NCBI GenBank assembly: GCA_965228855.1
Contig: CBDDIJ010000003.1
Span: 2,848,001 to 2,912,000, forward strand
DNA from: Candidatus Obscuribacterales bacterium
GTDB taxonomy: Bacteria; Cyanobacteriota; Vampirovibrionia; Obscuribacterales; Obscuribacteraceae
Direction of reading: 5' to 3'
Length of the DNA stretch: 64,000 nt
Notes under the pieces: model-generated
What the model was told of the DNA's origin: nothing
Databases searched by the model: none
Seen by the model: only the letters and a program-made list of their open reading frames with translations
Made by a program: the position numbers and the translations under genes
Part shown: positions 39,048-48,335 of the stretch, piece by piece
Layout: each line of letters opens with the position of its first letter
Numbering within the stretch: position 1 is the first letter of the stretch

Positions 39048-39373
39048 AGTCGTGTTCCTCCGCGACACCTGATGGTGCCTCTCATTCCGCCGTGCCAAAA
39101 CTGCCTCTAATTTCAAGTACGTATAATCAGAGTAAAAAGTTCAACGAAAATCGAACCAATTTGCAAGCGCCTATTGGCTCTAGAAACACAAACAGACAAG
39201 ACCCTTTTCTCGAAATAATCCAAGATATCGAATCGAAGTGAGAGACTCTAATCATAGGCGAAGAGACCAAGCCCGCAAGGAGCTAAACTCCGACGAAGAC
39301 AGGCGAACCGCAAACGAGCTGAACTCCGATGTTCAAGCTCTAAGAAACGGCATAGAGACGCAACGGCAAAGTC

Positions 39374-40765
39374 CTAAACTTTGACGAGCTTCCAGACGCC
39401 AGTTTTATACCGCCATAAGGCAAGAAGACCCAGCACCACAGATGATGCGGCAATGCCCATCCAACAGCCCATCGGACCGTCGTAAACCCGCCCGGTGAGA
39501 AACCAGGAGAGCGGCAAGCGCAAAAATATCAGCGAAAAGATGCCGACCCACATGGGCCACGCCGTATAGCCCGCGCCCTGCATTGCACCAAAGAGGATAA
39601 TGAATAAGGCGACGAACGGCTGCGACAATCCCACGACCTGGAAATATTGCGTCGAATACAGAATCACAGTCGGATCAGAGCTCATGGTTTTAGAGATGGT
39701 TTCCGCGCCAAAGAAAAGCACAAGTGCGATCACGACGGTAAATCCAAGCCCTACCCAGGTACACTGCCAGCCCGCCTGTTCTGCGCGCTCAGGTTTTCCG
39801 GCGCCAAGATTCTGACCCACGATCGGTGCCACGGCCGCACTGATTGCGTGCAAAGGCAGGCAACTGATGATTTCTTCGAGGCGGAACCCAATTGCCCAAG
39901 CTGCCTGGCAAGCGGTTTTGTTGACGGTTTCGGCAAATATCAAAAACAACAAGAAACATCCGCCGACCCAGGCGAGGTCCATGATGCAAGATGGAATGCC
40001 GATCTTCAAGATGCGGACGAACCATTCTTTCTGAACTCCTTCGCGAAAGAGAAGCGGCAAACTCGTGCAGCTCGCCAGTTTCGTTTTCCGAAGCTGAAAG
40101 AAGTTGAGCGCGACACCAACAATGGCGGCAACCAGCCATGCGGCTCCGATGCCAGAGATTCCGAAGTTGAAAGGTTTCACGCACAGCACAAAGTCGAGAA
40201 CACAGATGATGCAAGTCATGATCATCCAGTTCATCATCGGCGCACGGGCGTTTCCCATCGCACGCCAGAGTGAGTGCGAAACCCAGCAGAGCGTGAATGG
40301 AAACTGTGAGAGCAGGTCGACGCGCATGTACTGCCAACCGAGTTCTTGCACCTCAGGAGAGGCGCCCAACCAGGCCACCAGCGGTCGACAAATCAAAAGA
40401 CCCAGAGACATCGAAGAGATGCCGAAAACCAGCCCGAATAACATCGACTGTTTCGCAGCCTTTTCGGCCATGTCCATCTCACGCGCGCCCCAGTAACGGC
40501 TCACGAGCGCAGTCGTGCCCGCGGACAGCGCCACGGTCATGAGAATCATGAAAAACCAGATTTGCCCGCACAAACCGATCGCGGCCTGCGCGTCGGAACC
40601 GAGGACATTGCCGGCAATCCAGACGTCGCAAAAGCTGGCGATGGAAACGCTGGACATCTGCAGAAGCATAGGCCAAGCCATGTGCCAGATTGCCTGCCAC
40701 GTGGAACCGTTGATGATTACATCATCAAGCTTTTCCTTTGACTCAACCTCTTGACAGGCTTCCAT
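39374..40765 (-). CDS. MATE-family efflux transporter
   Basis: About 12 TM; AWPMLL, DVWIAG, TALVSRYWGA, LKIGIP, VGQNLGAG; RBS GGAGG before ATG 40765. Confidence 0.95.
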   Translation of the reverse strand: MEACQEVESKEKLDDVIINGSTWQAIWHMAWPMLLQMSSVSIASFCDVWIAGNVLGSDAQAAIGLCGQIWFFMILMTVALSAGTTALVSRYWGAREMDMAEKAAKQSMLFGLVFGISSMSLGLLICRPLVAWLGASPEVQELGWQYMRVDLLSQFPFTLCWVSHSLWRAMGNARAPMMNWMIMTCIICVLDFVLCVKPFNFGISGIGAAWLVAAIVGVALNFFQLRKTKLASCTSLPLLFREGVQKEWFVRILKIGIPSCIMDLAWVGGCFLLFLIFAETVNKTACQAAWAIGFRLEEIISCLPLHAISAAVAPIVGQNLGAGKPERAEQAGWQCTWVGLGFTVVIALVLFFGAETISKTMSSDPTVILYSTQYFQVVGLSQPFVALFIILFGAMQGAGYTAWPMWVGIFSLIFLRLPLSWFLTGRVYDGPMGCWMGIAASSVVLGLLALWRYKTGVWKLVKV

Positions 40766-40980
40766 GCTCCTCCGCCTCAACAATCGCGTCGCAAGTCCTG
40801 AGTTTAGTTACGAGCGCTAGCCCGCATCCCAATCTACTTGCGCACTAATCCACATGAACGAGAGCTCACGTGAAGCTGGTCGCATCGACTTCTCGAATCG
40901 GCCAGCATTGCTCTACAATACAGCTAATCGCCTCACAAGGATATTGATTCCTGACTACTATCAAGAAACTTCAATCGCAC

Positions 40981-42291
40981 TTGCAAGAACAAATTTCCAA
41001 CTCCGAACAATCTGCATTCGACGCAAGCCAATTGCGAGTAGCCACCGAAGCAGAGCTCTGGACGGTTCTTTCGCGCCTGCTCACATTTGAAGAGCCTGCC
41101 GACCGTTCCCAACAAATTCGCAAGGCGATTAGAAAACACCTCGATAAGAAGGCGCCTTCCATAGACGCCTTACCGATAACGGAACAGGGAAAAGTTTTCT
41201 CAGCAATTTTCGGCCGAGAAAAAACCGCTTGCAACGGCCGCCAGGTTCACCGCCCCGACGGCGGGTTGGAAACGGCTTCGATAAACGCGCTCGTCAACTT
41301 TGCTCTTGCATTCGAAGACCTGGGACGGTTCAACAGACTAACGTTCGATTCTTGGCTCAAAAGCGAATGGCAGAACGAGGTAGTTGCAGACGTGATGCTG
41401 CTGCCCGACGCCGATTTAAGTCCGGCAGAACGACTATGGCTGTACAATTCCACGATTTGTGTTCCGGACTGGTCTAAACTCACAGAGACCGGTCCGTGGT
41501 CAGACACGCCGCAAGCGCGCTTCATCGCCATGTTCGTCAACACCGCGCGATGGACGTTTCTCAAAGAAGAAAAGGAAGCTCGGCTCGAAGCCAACATAAC
41601 ATTTGCCGATGGCGGCGACTCAAACAAATCGCAGTACGCATTCGATACTGTTTTCTTCGAACGCGGTCTCACGCTCTGGCGTAAATTGATCGAAGAAAAC
41701 CGTCCATGGTTGCCGGGTTCATTCTTGCCAAAAATTATCGTGCTCGCCGAAGGTCAGACAGAGGCATTGATGATGCCTACATTCGCGAAGTTAATGAACA
41801 CCAGCTTCGACGAACTCGCCATACAAGTCGAGGCCTGCGGTGGCGCAAAACAAGTCGTGAAACGTTATCTCAACCTGAAGGAACTGACCACTCTCCCGAT
41901 CGTTTGCATCCTTGATGCCGACGTCAATGAGTTCGCCGAGATCATTCAAGACAGCCTGCGCTCGGACGATCGCATGGTAACAGTGACTCAGGGAGAAATA
42001 GAAGATACCTTCACGACGCCTGTATTCCACCGCTTGATCAACTTGTATTTGAAGGAAAACGGCTGCCTTGAACCAATCCCTTACATAGAATTGCTCAACG
42101 GCGATGGCGACCGCAACGACACGCTCGACAGACTTTTCAGAATTCGGGGGCTGGGAAACTTTGATAAGATCGGGTTTGCGGAGATAGTCGCCGGCAATCT
42201 AAAAAAATCCGACGTGCCCGAGGACGGCAAGCGCATCATTGGAGCAATTGTAGAAACGTACAATGACGGAATCAACCTCCGATTCCAATAA
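40981..42291 (+). CDS. Protein with C-terminal OLD-family TOPRIM nuclease domain
   Basis: IVLAEGQTE, CGGAK, ILDAD, GEIED, FDK motifs; no Walker A motif. Confidence 0.75.
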   Translation: MQEQISNSEQSAFDASQLRVATEAELWTVLSRLLTFEEPADRSQQIRKAIRKHLDKKAPSIDALPITEQGKVFSAIFGREKTACNGRQVHRPDGGLETASINALVNFALAFEDLGRFNRLTFDSWLKSEWQNEVVADVMLLPDADLSPAERLWLYNSTICVPDWSKLTETGPWSDTPQARFIAMFVNTARWTFLKEEKEARLEANITFADGGDSNKSQYAFDTVFFERGLTLWRKLIEENRPWLPGSFLPKIIVLAEGQTEALMMPTFAKLMNTSFDELAIQVEACGGAKQVVKRYLNLKELTTLPIVCILDADVNEFAEIIQDSLRSDDRMVTVTQGEIEDTFTTPVFHRLINLYLKENGCLEPIPYIELLNGDGDRNDTLDRLFRIRGLGNFDKIGFAEIVAGNLKKSDVPEDGKRIIGAIVETYNDGINLRFQ

Positions 42292-42730
42292 CTCGCCGCC
42301 AAAGAAAGCAAAGTCAAAAGCGGTGAAAATTGCCGGAGCACTATCTACGGTGCTCTGGATAATCGGATTTGTGCTGCCGTTTATTCTGAAACCCGGAAGT
42401 CCGTACGTGTGGCTATCGGATACATTCTTGCTCTGCGGTTTTTGGCCACTACTATTTGTTTATCGCCCCGGCTGGACGTGGTTCATTTTCGGCGTGTTGA
42501 ACATGCTCATCGGTTTCGGCTTGGAGCTCGTGAAGTACCTGGTCGTTTCAATTCCGGAAAGCTTCTGGACCCCGGATAAGATCGCGATGAAACCCGCATT
42601 CGAACACATGAACCAGCACATCGCCGACATGCACCCCTGTATGCCCTGGATCCTGATCGGCGCCGCCAGCACCATCTACGGTGCCTTCCGAATAATCAAA
42701 ACGATAGTCAAATGGCTCCTCAAAAAATAA
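42263..42730 (+). CDS. Hypothetical membrane protein (about 4 TM)
   Basis: Hydrophobic ORF overlapping the upstream gene. Confidence 0.75.
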   Translation: MTESTSDSNNSPPKKAKSKAVKIAGALSTVLWIIGFVLPFILKPGSPYVWLSDTFLLCGFWPLLFVYRPGWTWFIFGVLNMLIGFGLELVKYLVVSIPESFWTPDKIAMKPAFEHMNQHIADMHPCMPWILIGAASTIYGAFRIIKTIVKWLLKK

Positions 42731-42731
42731 A

Positions 42732-42969
42732 GCCTCCCTGAAAAGGCTACTATCAAATTTAGGACAAGCCAAACCTGTAGAAGCTTCCACAGAGATGCTT
42801 TCAGGGATTCGCCTCTCAGAACGGCTACGCTTTGTCTATCCTGCTATGCCGCCTCCCCGAAAAGGCTACTATCAAATTTAGGACAAGCCAAACCCGCAGA
42901 GGCTTCCACAGAGATGCTTTCAGGGATTCGCCTCTCAGAACGGCTACGCTTTGTCTATCCTGCTATGCC
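42732..42969. repeat. Tandem duplication of a 119-bp intergenic unit
   Basis: 42732-42850 and 42851-42969 differ at 4 positions by eye. Confidence 0.93.
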
Positions 42970-43007
42970 GCTTTTCGCAAATTCCGGCATCGTACGATAG
43001 CCAAAAG

Positions 43008-43589
43008 CTACTCGGCTTTCTCAACCTTCTTGCCGCTGCCGCCGGCAATCTTAACCGGCACGGATCCATCCTCAGCAATCAAAACCTTTTGCAGATATTT
43101 GTGCGGTCTTTCGAAACGCTTCGGAATCTGCCCGGTCAGCTTATCGAGGTGATTGGCTGCCTGCCCCTTTTGATCGTGAAATTCAGACTTCTTCCAAATG
43201 TAATACCAGTTCTTCACGCAGAAATTGAAGAGCTTCGGGTCACGCTTCGAAGACTTCTGCTTCATCAACTTCTTCTCCAGCGCGCTGGAGTAAAGAATGC
43301 GCCCGTCCATGTCGCCAGGCTGCATCTCAAGCGCCTTCTGCAACAACAAAATCGCTCTGTCTGTGTGCCCGAGACGAATCGCTTGCTCGCCCTCGAGTCT
43401 CAAACCATCAGCAGAAACCATTCCGAGTTCAAGCAGCTGGTCCGACATGATATGACCGTTCGAACGTCCAACTTGCGAAGTATCGAAGATGTAGTCGGGG
43501 TCTTTATCCGCCGACTGCGCAGGCGAGCAGCAGAATGCCGCAAGAATCATCATCACCGAGGCTGTTCTAACTTTAGTAATCACTCGCAT
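43008..43589 (-). CDS. Exported TPR-containing protein
   Basis: Signal peptide; GHTDRAILLLQKALEMQPGD TPR pattern. Confidence 0.75.
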   Translation of the reverse strand: MRVITKVRTASVMMILAAFCCSPAQSADKDPDYIFDTSQVGRSNGHIMSDQLLELGMVSADGLRLEGEQAIRLGHTDRAILLLQKALEMQPGDMDGRILYSSALEKKLMKQKSSKRDPKLFNFCVKNWYYIWKKSEFHDQKGQAANHLDKLTGQIPKRFERPHKYLQKVLIAEDGSVPVKIAGGSGKKVEKAE

Positions 43590-43641
43590 CTTTGCACCGT
43601 TTCCTTCTGCTATTACTCTATCGATTTAAACTTACTTCGCC

Positions 43642-44367
43642 CTAACAGCAATCATCGCCTTTATGCGCTCCAGCTGCGGCTTTTGCCCCATCAGTTTTCG
43701 GAGACGCCTTTCCATCCGCTGAATTTTTCAAACCTTGAATCGCGCCCTCCACTGAAGGCGCTCCGTAAACGCTACTACCCGCTACGACCACATTCGCTCC
43801 AGCGTCGACAACCAGTTTCACGGTATCGTCATTGATACCACCATCCACCGAAATCAACACATCTTTGAAGCCGGCATCATCAAACATTTTTCGTATGGCA
43901 GCAATCTTCGGCACCACTTCGGAGATAAACTTTTGACCGCCAAACCCTGGGTTCACAGTCATGACGAGAACCAGATCGATGTCTTTCAAGCAATACTTGA
44001 GAGCAGTCTCCGGCGTACCCGGATTCAACGCTACTCCCGCCTTCTTGCCCATACTCCTGATGTGCGAGAGCGTCCGCTGCAAATGCGTCGCAGCCTCGGC
44101 ATGTACTGTTATGTAGTCGGCACCTGCCTTGGCAAATTGCTCTACGTACTCGTCAGGGCGCTCGATCATGAGGTGAACATCAAGCGGCAGTTTCGTCGCA
44201 GGTCGGATGCTTTTTACGACGGGAACGCCGATGGTTATGTTGGGCACGAAGTGTCCATCCATCACATCAACGTGAACCCAATCGGCTCCGCCGGCTTCCG
44301 CACGAGCGATGTCCTCACCGAGCCTGGTGAAATCCGCCGACAATATTGAAGGTGCTACTAGAACCAT
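43642..44367 (-). CDS. rpe: Ribulose-phosphate 3-epimerase
   Basis: APSILSADF, HVDVMDGHFVPN, DVHLM, MTVNPGFGGQKF, VDGGI. Confidence 0.98.
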   Translation of the reverse strand: MVLVAPSILSADFTRLGEDIARAEAGGADWVHVDVMDGHFVPNITIGVPVVKSIRPATKLPLDVHLMIERPDEYVEQFAKAGADYITVHAEAATHLQRTLSHIRSMGKKAGVALNPGTPETALKYCLKDIDLVLVMTVNPGFGGQKFISEVVPKIAAIRKMFDDAGFKDVLISVDGGINDDTVKLVVDAGANVVVAGSSVYGAPSVEGAIQGLKNSADGKASPKTDGAKAAAGAHKGDDCC

Positions 44368-44730
44368 CTCTCAGTCACTACCAGTGATACCAGAACTCGC
44401 GAAACCTCTTGAGAACAACAATTCAGCAAGGCTCCGCGCCAGCGTTATCATGACTACCGCGCTCGCGATGGTCAAGTGGAAGTGTCCAAGCTTCCGAGGG
44501 TGTTTCTGAAAATTTCCTCATACGCAAGCGTCTCGAACAATCGAAACGCTCGCCTCTCCACACTTTAAACAGCCACAGACAATTGCAAGAAACCCTTGAA
44601 ACACCGGCTTAAAAAGTACTCACAGAAGACAAGAATTGAAACCAGATCTCATTCTTAAGTTCCGAAAGTCGCGCGCCTCTGGAAAGTATAGTTATATAGA
44701 TCCCAACGGCGTACACAAGAGGATTCACCG

Positions 44731-45852
44731 ATGCCGCATCTCAAGCTTACTGAAGAGCGCGAACAGTTCAGACAAGTCGCGCGCGATTTCACCGAGGGTG
44801 AAATCAAGCCCAAAGCTGCGGAGTACGATTCCAGCGGAAAGTTTCCAGCCGCTATCTTTGAAGAGGCGTGGAAAACTGGTCTCGTGAACTTTCAGATTCC
44901 AGAACGCATGGGCGGGTTGGAACTGGATGCCCTTTCATCGTGCCTTATCCTCGAGGAGCTAGCAGCTGGCTGCTCCGGTATCGGAGGAGTGATCGAAGCC
45001 AGCACTATCGCTCAATTGCCGGTGGTGATGTTCGGCAATCGCGACTTGAAAGAAACATATCTGCAGAGCCTCCTGGACAAACCTCAAGTAGCCGGTTACG
45101 CAAGCTATGACACCACCAGTGATGACCTGGCGCTTCGCATACGCGGAGAAGATTACGTATTGGAAGGTCATCACGACCTGGTTGTAAACGGTGGAGAAGC
45201 CGCCTGGTACCTGGTAAACGTCAAAGATCCACAGAAGGGCAATCGAACTGTTTTCATCGTACCTGCAAATGCAGAGGGTCTAAAGTTCGAAGATAAGGCT
45301 TTTGCTCTCGGACGAAAGGCTAGAGTCGCTCGCAGAGCAACATTCTCAAACGTTCGACTGACCAGCGATCACATCGTTGGGAACGAAGGACAGGGAGATT
45401 TGATCAGAACTAAAACCTGGCCGCATATCTGCTGTTTTATCGCAGCAGGCGCCACCGGAGTGGCTCGCAGTGCGATGCAACACGCTATAGCCTATTCAAA
45501 AGAGCGCAAAACATTCGGAAGACCGATTTCACAGCACCAGGGTCTTGCATTCATGCTCGCAGACATGGCACGCGAAATCGAGGCAGCTCGCCTGCTCACA
45601 TGGCAAGCAGCATACCTGCTCGATCAGGGAGAAAACGCATTAGACCTTGCACTTTCAGCAAAGGCATTCGCTCAAGACGTAGCCATGAGGGTGACCACGG
45701 ATGCCGTTCAGGTATACGGCGGTTACGGATATACCAAAGAGTATCCTGTAGAAAAATTGATGCGAGACGCCAAGCAATACCAGATCGCAGAGCAAACCTC
45801 ACTGCAATCGAAAGTCGCTCTGGCGCGCAATCTCGTAATGTCGGGCAGATGA
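44731..45852 (+). CDS. Acyl-CoA dehydrogenase family protein
   Basis: ERKTFGRPISQHQGLAFMLADM, AVQVYGGYGYTKEYPVEKLMRDAK. Confidence 0.93.
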   Translation: MPHLKLTEEREQFRQVARDFTEGEIKPKAAEYDSSGKFPAAIFEEAWKTGLVNFQIPERMGGLELDALSSCLILEELAAGCSGIGGVIEASTIAQLPVVMFGNRDLKETYLQSLLDKPQVAGYASYDTTSDDLALRIRGEDYVLEGHHDLVVNGGEAAWYLVNVKDPQKGNRTVFIVPANAEGLKFEDKAFALGRKARVARRATFSNVRLTSDHIVGNEGQGDLIRTKTWPHICCFIAAGATGVARSAMQHAIAYSKERKTFGRPISQHQGLAFMLADMAREIEAARLLTWQAAYLLDQGENALDLALSAKAFAQDVAMRVTTDAVQVYGGYGYTKEYPVEKLMRDAKQYQIAEQTSLQSKVALARNLVMSGR

Positions 45853-46115
45853 AGGAACGCCTGCAAAAAGGGCAGCTTCTAGTAGTAAAAGTTGCTCCGC
45901 TGTACGAGAAAGAATATTTCTATCAAATTACCAGCGCTGGTGAAAAACTGGTGCGCGCCGATCTGTTTCACTCACCCAAAGTGAAGAAGAACTGGACCAT
46001 AGAAGAGCTGGAAATCCTGATGGAACATGGCATTGTCCGGGTGGCACGCGATGATGAAAAACCACCGGAGCCACCGTCCGCGGCAATCCAAACTGAAAGT
46101 GACGATGACGACTGA
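45849..46115 (+). CDS. Small hypothetical protein coupled to the acyl-CoA dehydrogenase gene
   Basis: ATGA overlap at 45849-45852; MKERLQKGQLLVVKVAPLY... Confidence 0.7.
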   Translation: MKERLQKGQLLVVKVAPLYEKEYFYQITSAGEKLVRADLFHSPKVKKNWTIEELEILMEHGIVRVARDDEKPPEPPSAAIQTESDDDD

Positions 46116-46151
46116 TCGGCACGGCACCGTATTTAGTATCAATTGCACAAA

Positions 46152-46733
46152 CTAAGACTTGTCGACTTTCGACTTCGACGTCTTCTTTCGCTTCTTTGAT
46201 TTCGTCTTTTTGTTTTTCGCGTCCGCTGCTTTCTTGTCGGCGGCAGCCTTCTTCGCAGCAGCAACCTTGCGCGCCTCTTCTTCAGGCGTCGGCGTAGAGT
46301 CGATAATCACGACCTGATCGTCAGGCATCTTCTTAACTTCAGGAAGGTGAATTGAAGAAGCTTTCTGTTGGAAAAACTGAAACATCTGCTCCATTGGAAT
46401 TCGCGTCTCTTTGAATTTTCCGGGAAAGACCATCTCCAGACTAAATTGAAGAGCGACGTAAAACAGCCCTGTTGCGACGAATAGATAGAGCGCGTTTACG
46501 AAAACAAAACGCGAGCCCCTCTCTAATTCATGTGAGCGTCGCGAACGTCGAAATCGCGCGACCGTAATCAACTCATCAAGACGGCGCGTAATGTCAGCCG
46601 GTCGGAATCCGCCCCGCAAGCCGCCTCCGACCTTGCCCATCGAATCGATCGTGACATGGCGGCCGCAAACCACACAAAACTTGAGTCCGAGGTTGAGTTT
46701 AGCTCCACAATAAGGACAGGTCGCTGCAGACAT
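46152..46733 (-). CDS. Zinc-ribbon membrane protein
   Basis: CPYCG..KFCVVCG, one TM, Lys-rich tail. Confidence 0.8.
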   Translation of the reverse strand: MSAATCPYCGAKLNLGLKFCVVCGRHVTIDSMGKVGGGLRGGFRPADITRRLDELITVARFRRSRRSHELERGSRFVFVNALYLFVATGLFYVALQFSLEMVFPGKFKETRIPMEQMFQFFQQKASSIHLPEVKKMPDDQVVIIDSTPTPEEEARKVAAAKKAAADKKAADAKNKKTKSKKRKKTSKSKVDKS

Positions 46734-46859
46734 TTATCGGCTCAAATCAAAATTTCCAAAAGAAGACAAGCAGTCACTGGCTTCGTTCTATATTACATTG
46801 TCAAAACGCCTTTGCCCACAAGCAACGGCTCATACAAACACCGGACAGGATTTTAAAAA

Positions 46860-47105
46860 CTAGTCTTTCCCACCAGGAGCGTAGCGACTGAACATCTCAG
46901 AGATGGATTGCTTGTCGTGTGCGAGCGTGTCCTGCTTGGCGTTAAGCTGAATGATGCGCTCCTTCAGCTCCTCGATTTGCTGTTCAATCACCTTGACTTC
47001 CTCGGTGATCTCCGTTTCCGTCAGAGTAAGAGCGTCCGATAGGGTTTGAAATGCATTCTCAAGCTCGCTCTCTGCCAAGGATCTGTCCCCCAAAACCGCT
47101 GTCAC
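46860..47105 (-). CDS. Small coiled-coil hypothetical protein
   Basis: Heptad pattern VIEQQIEELKERIIQLNAKQDTL. Confidence 0.65.
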   Translation of the reverse strand: MTAVLGDRSLAESELENAFQTLSDALTLTETEITEEVKVIEQQIEELKERIIQLNAKQDTLAHDKQSISEMFSRYAPGGKD

Positions 47106-47176
47106 CGACTTATTTTACTCTGTTCTCTTTTTCGAACAGAATAAAGTGTTCTCGAAAGTAACACTACTGCATTTCG

Positions 47177-47935
47177 TTAGATACCCGCTCCCTGAAGAAA
47201 AACATCAACGGGATCAGAATCATCATCATTATCGCCTTTGTTTTCATCGCCGAGATCGGCTTGAGCGGTTTGATTTGAAAGAGGCGACGCTTCTTTCAGC
47301 GAATTCAAACTCTTCTCAAGCGAGTCTATACGCTGCTTCAGACGTTTAATAGCTTCCGCTTCAGGATCGGGAGTCTTGTCGTCGACACGCTTTCCGTCCT
47401 TGTAGATAATCCGACCTGGAACTCCGACAACGATAGAATTATCGGGCACATCCTTGAGCACAATCGACCCAGACGCGACCCTTACGTTGTTGCCAACCAC
47501 TATGTCGCCCTGAATCTCAGCACCGCTACCGACAATGACTTCATTTTTCAAAGTCGGATGGCGCTTGCGCCCGCGTGTCTGCTCGCCCTGCCGCGCCTCC
47601 GCACCAGCGCCCAGCGTAACTCCCTGATAAAGAAAACAATCGTCTCCAATAACGGTTGTTTCGCCAATCACAACACCCATGCCGTGGTCGATGACGAAAC
47701 GCCTGCCAATCGTTGCACCTGGATGAATTTCAATGCCGGTAATCATGCGGGCGAACTGCGATATGCAACGAGCCAGCGTAAACTGCTCCTGTTTGTAGAA
47801 AACATTTGCGACTCGATACATAGTCACGGCATGAAAGCCCGGGTAGCAGAGATAAACCTCCAGCATGCTGCGAGCTGCGGGGTCTTTTTCGAGAATGGTC
47901 TCGGCTGTTTCTTGAATTAAACTCCAGTCGATCAC
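47177..47935 (-). CDS. cysE: Serine O-acetyltransferase
   Basis: DPAARS, YPGFHA, TGIEIHPGA, IDHGMGVVIGET, QGVTLG, KRHPT, VGVPGR. Confidence 0.96.
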   Translation of the reverse strand: MIDWSLIQETAETILEKDPAARSMLEVYLCYPGFHAVTMYRVANVFYKQEQFTLARCISQFARMITGIEIHPGATIGRRFVIDHGMGVVIGETTVIGDDCFLYQGVTLGAGAEARQGEQTRGRKRHPTLKNEVIVGSGAEIQGDIVVGNNVRVASGSIVLKDVPDNSIVVGVPGRIIYKDGKRVDDKTPDPEAEAIKRLKQRIDSLEKSLNSLKEASPLSNQTAQADLGDENKGDNDDDSDPVDVFLQGAGI

Positions 47936-48335
47936 TGAGAGTTCTCCTGGTTCTGATATTGCGGATGGCTGTTTCGGCTCGTCGGTTTAAAGCTTACACC
48001 TGACGAATCCCTCCGCACATCTTACCAATACGGCTTTTGCGCCAATAGTCGCGCGTTTTAAGGTTTAAAAACAGGTTCGTGCAGGGTATCTAAGAGAATA
48101 GAGATCAGAAGATCATTAATTCTGACGTTCCTTTACATATTGATGGCGACGCATACGTATTTTCCCCATGTAAAACGGTCGGTTTGCCGGTATTCTGGGA
48201 AAAATTCCTCTTTGCATCTGTCCAAAATCCAGCCCAACCGGATAGATGCGTTCACGAGACCATTACCAAACCGGACTCGAAACCCAGCCAGAAGGGCAAT
48301 AACTGGAATAAGCGGCGGCAACCAACTGAAATCCT

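Noticed and set aside
42832..43835. Plus-strand ORFs of 106 and 294 aa starting MSILLCR
   Set aside because: They start inside the 119-bp repeat and are antisense to the TPR gene and rpe.
45600..45848. N-terminal extension of the 171-aa ORF
   Set aside because: Overlaps the acyl-CoA dehydrogenase out of frame; the ATGA-coupled start at 45849 is more plausible.
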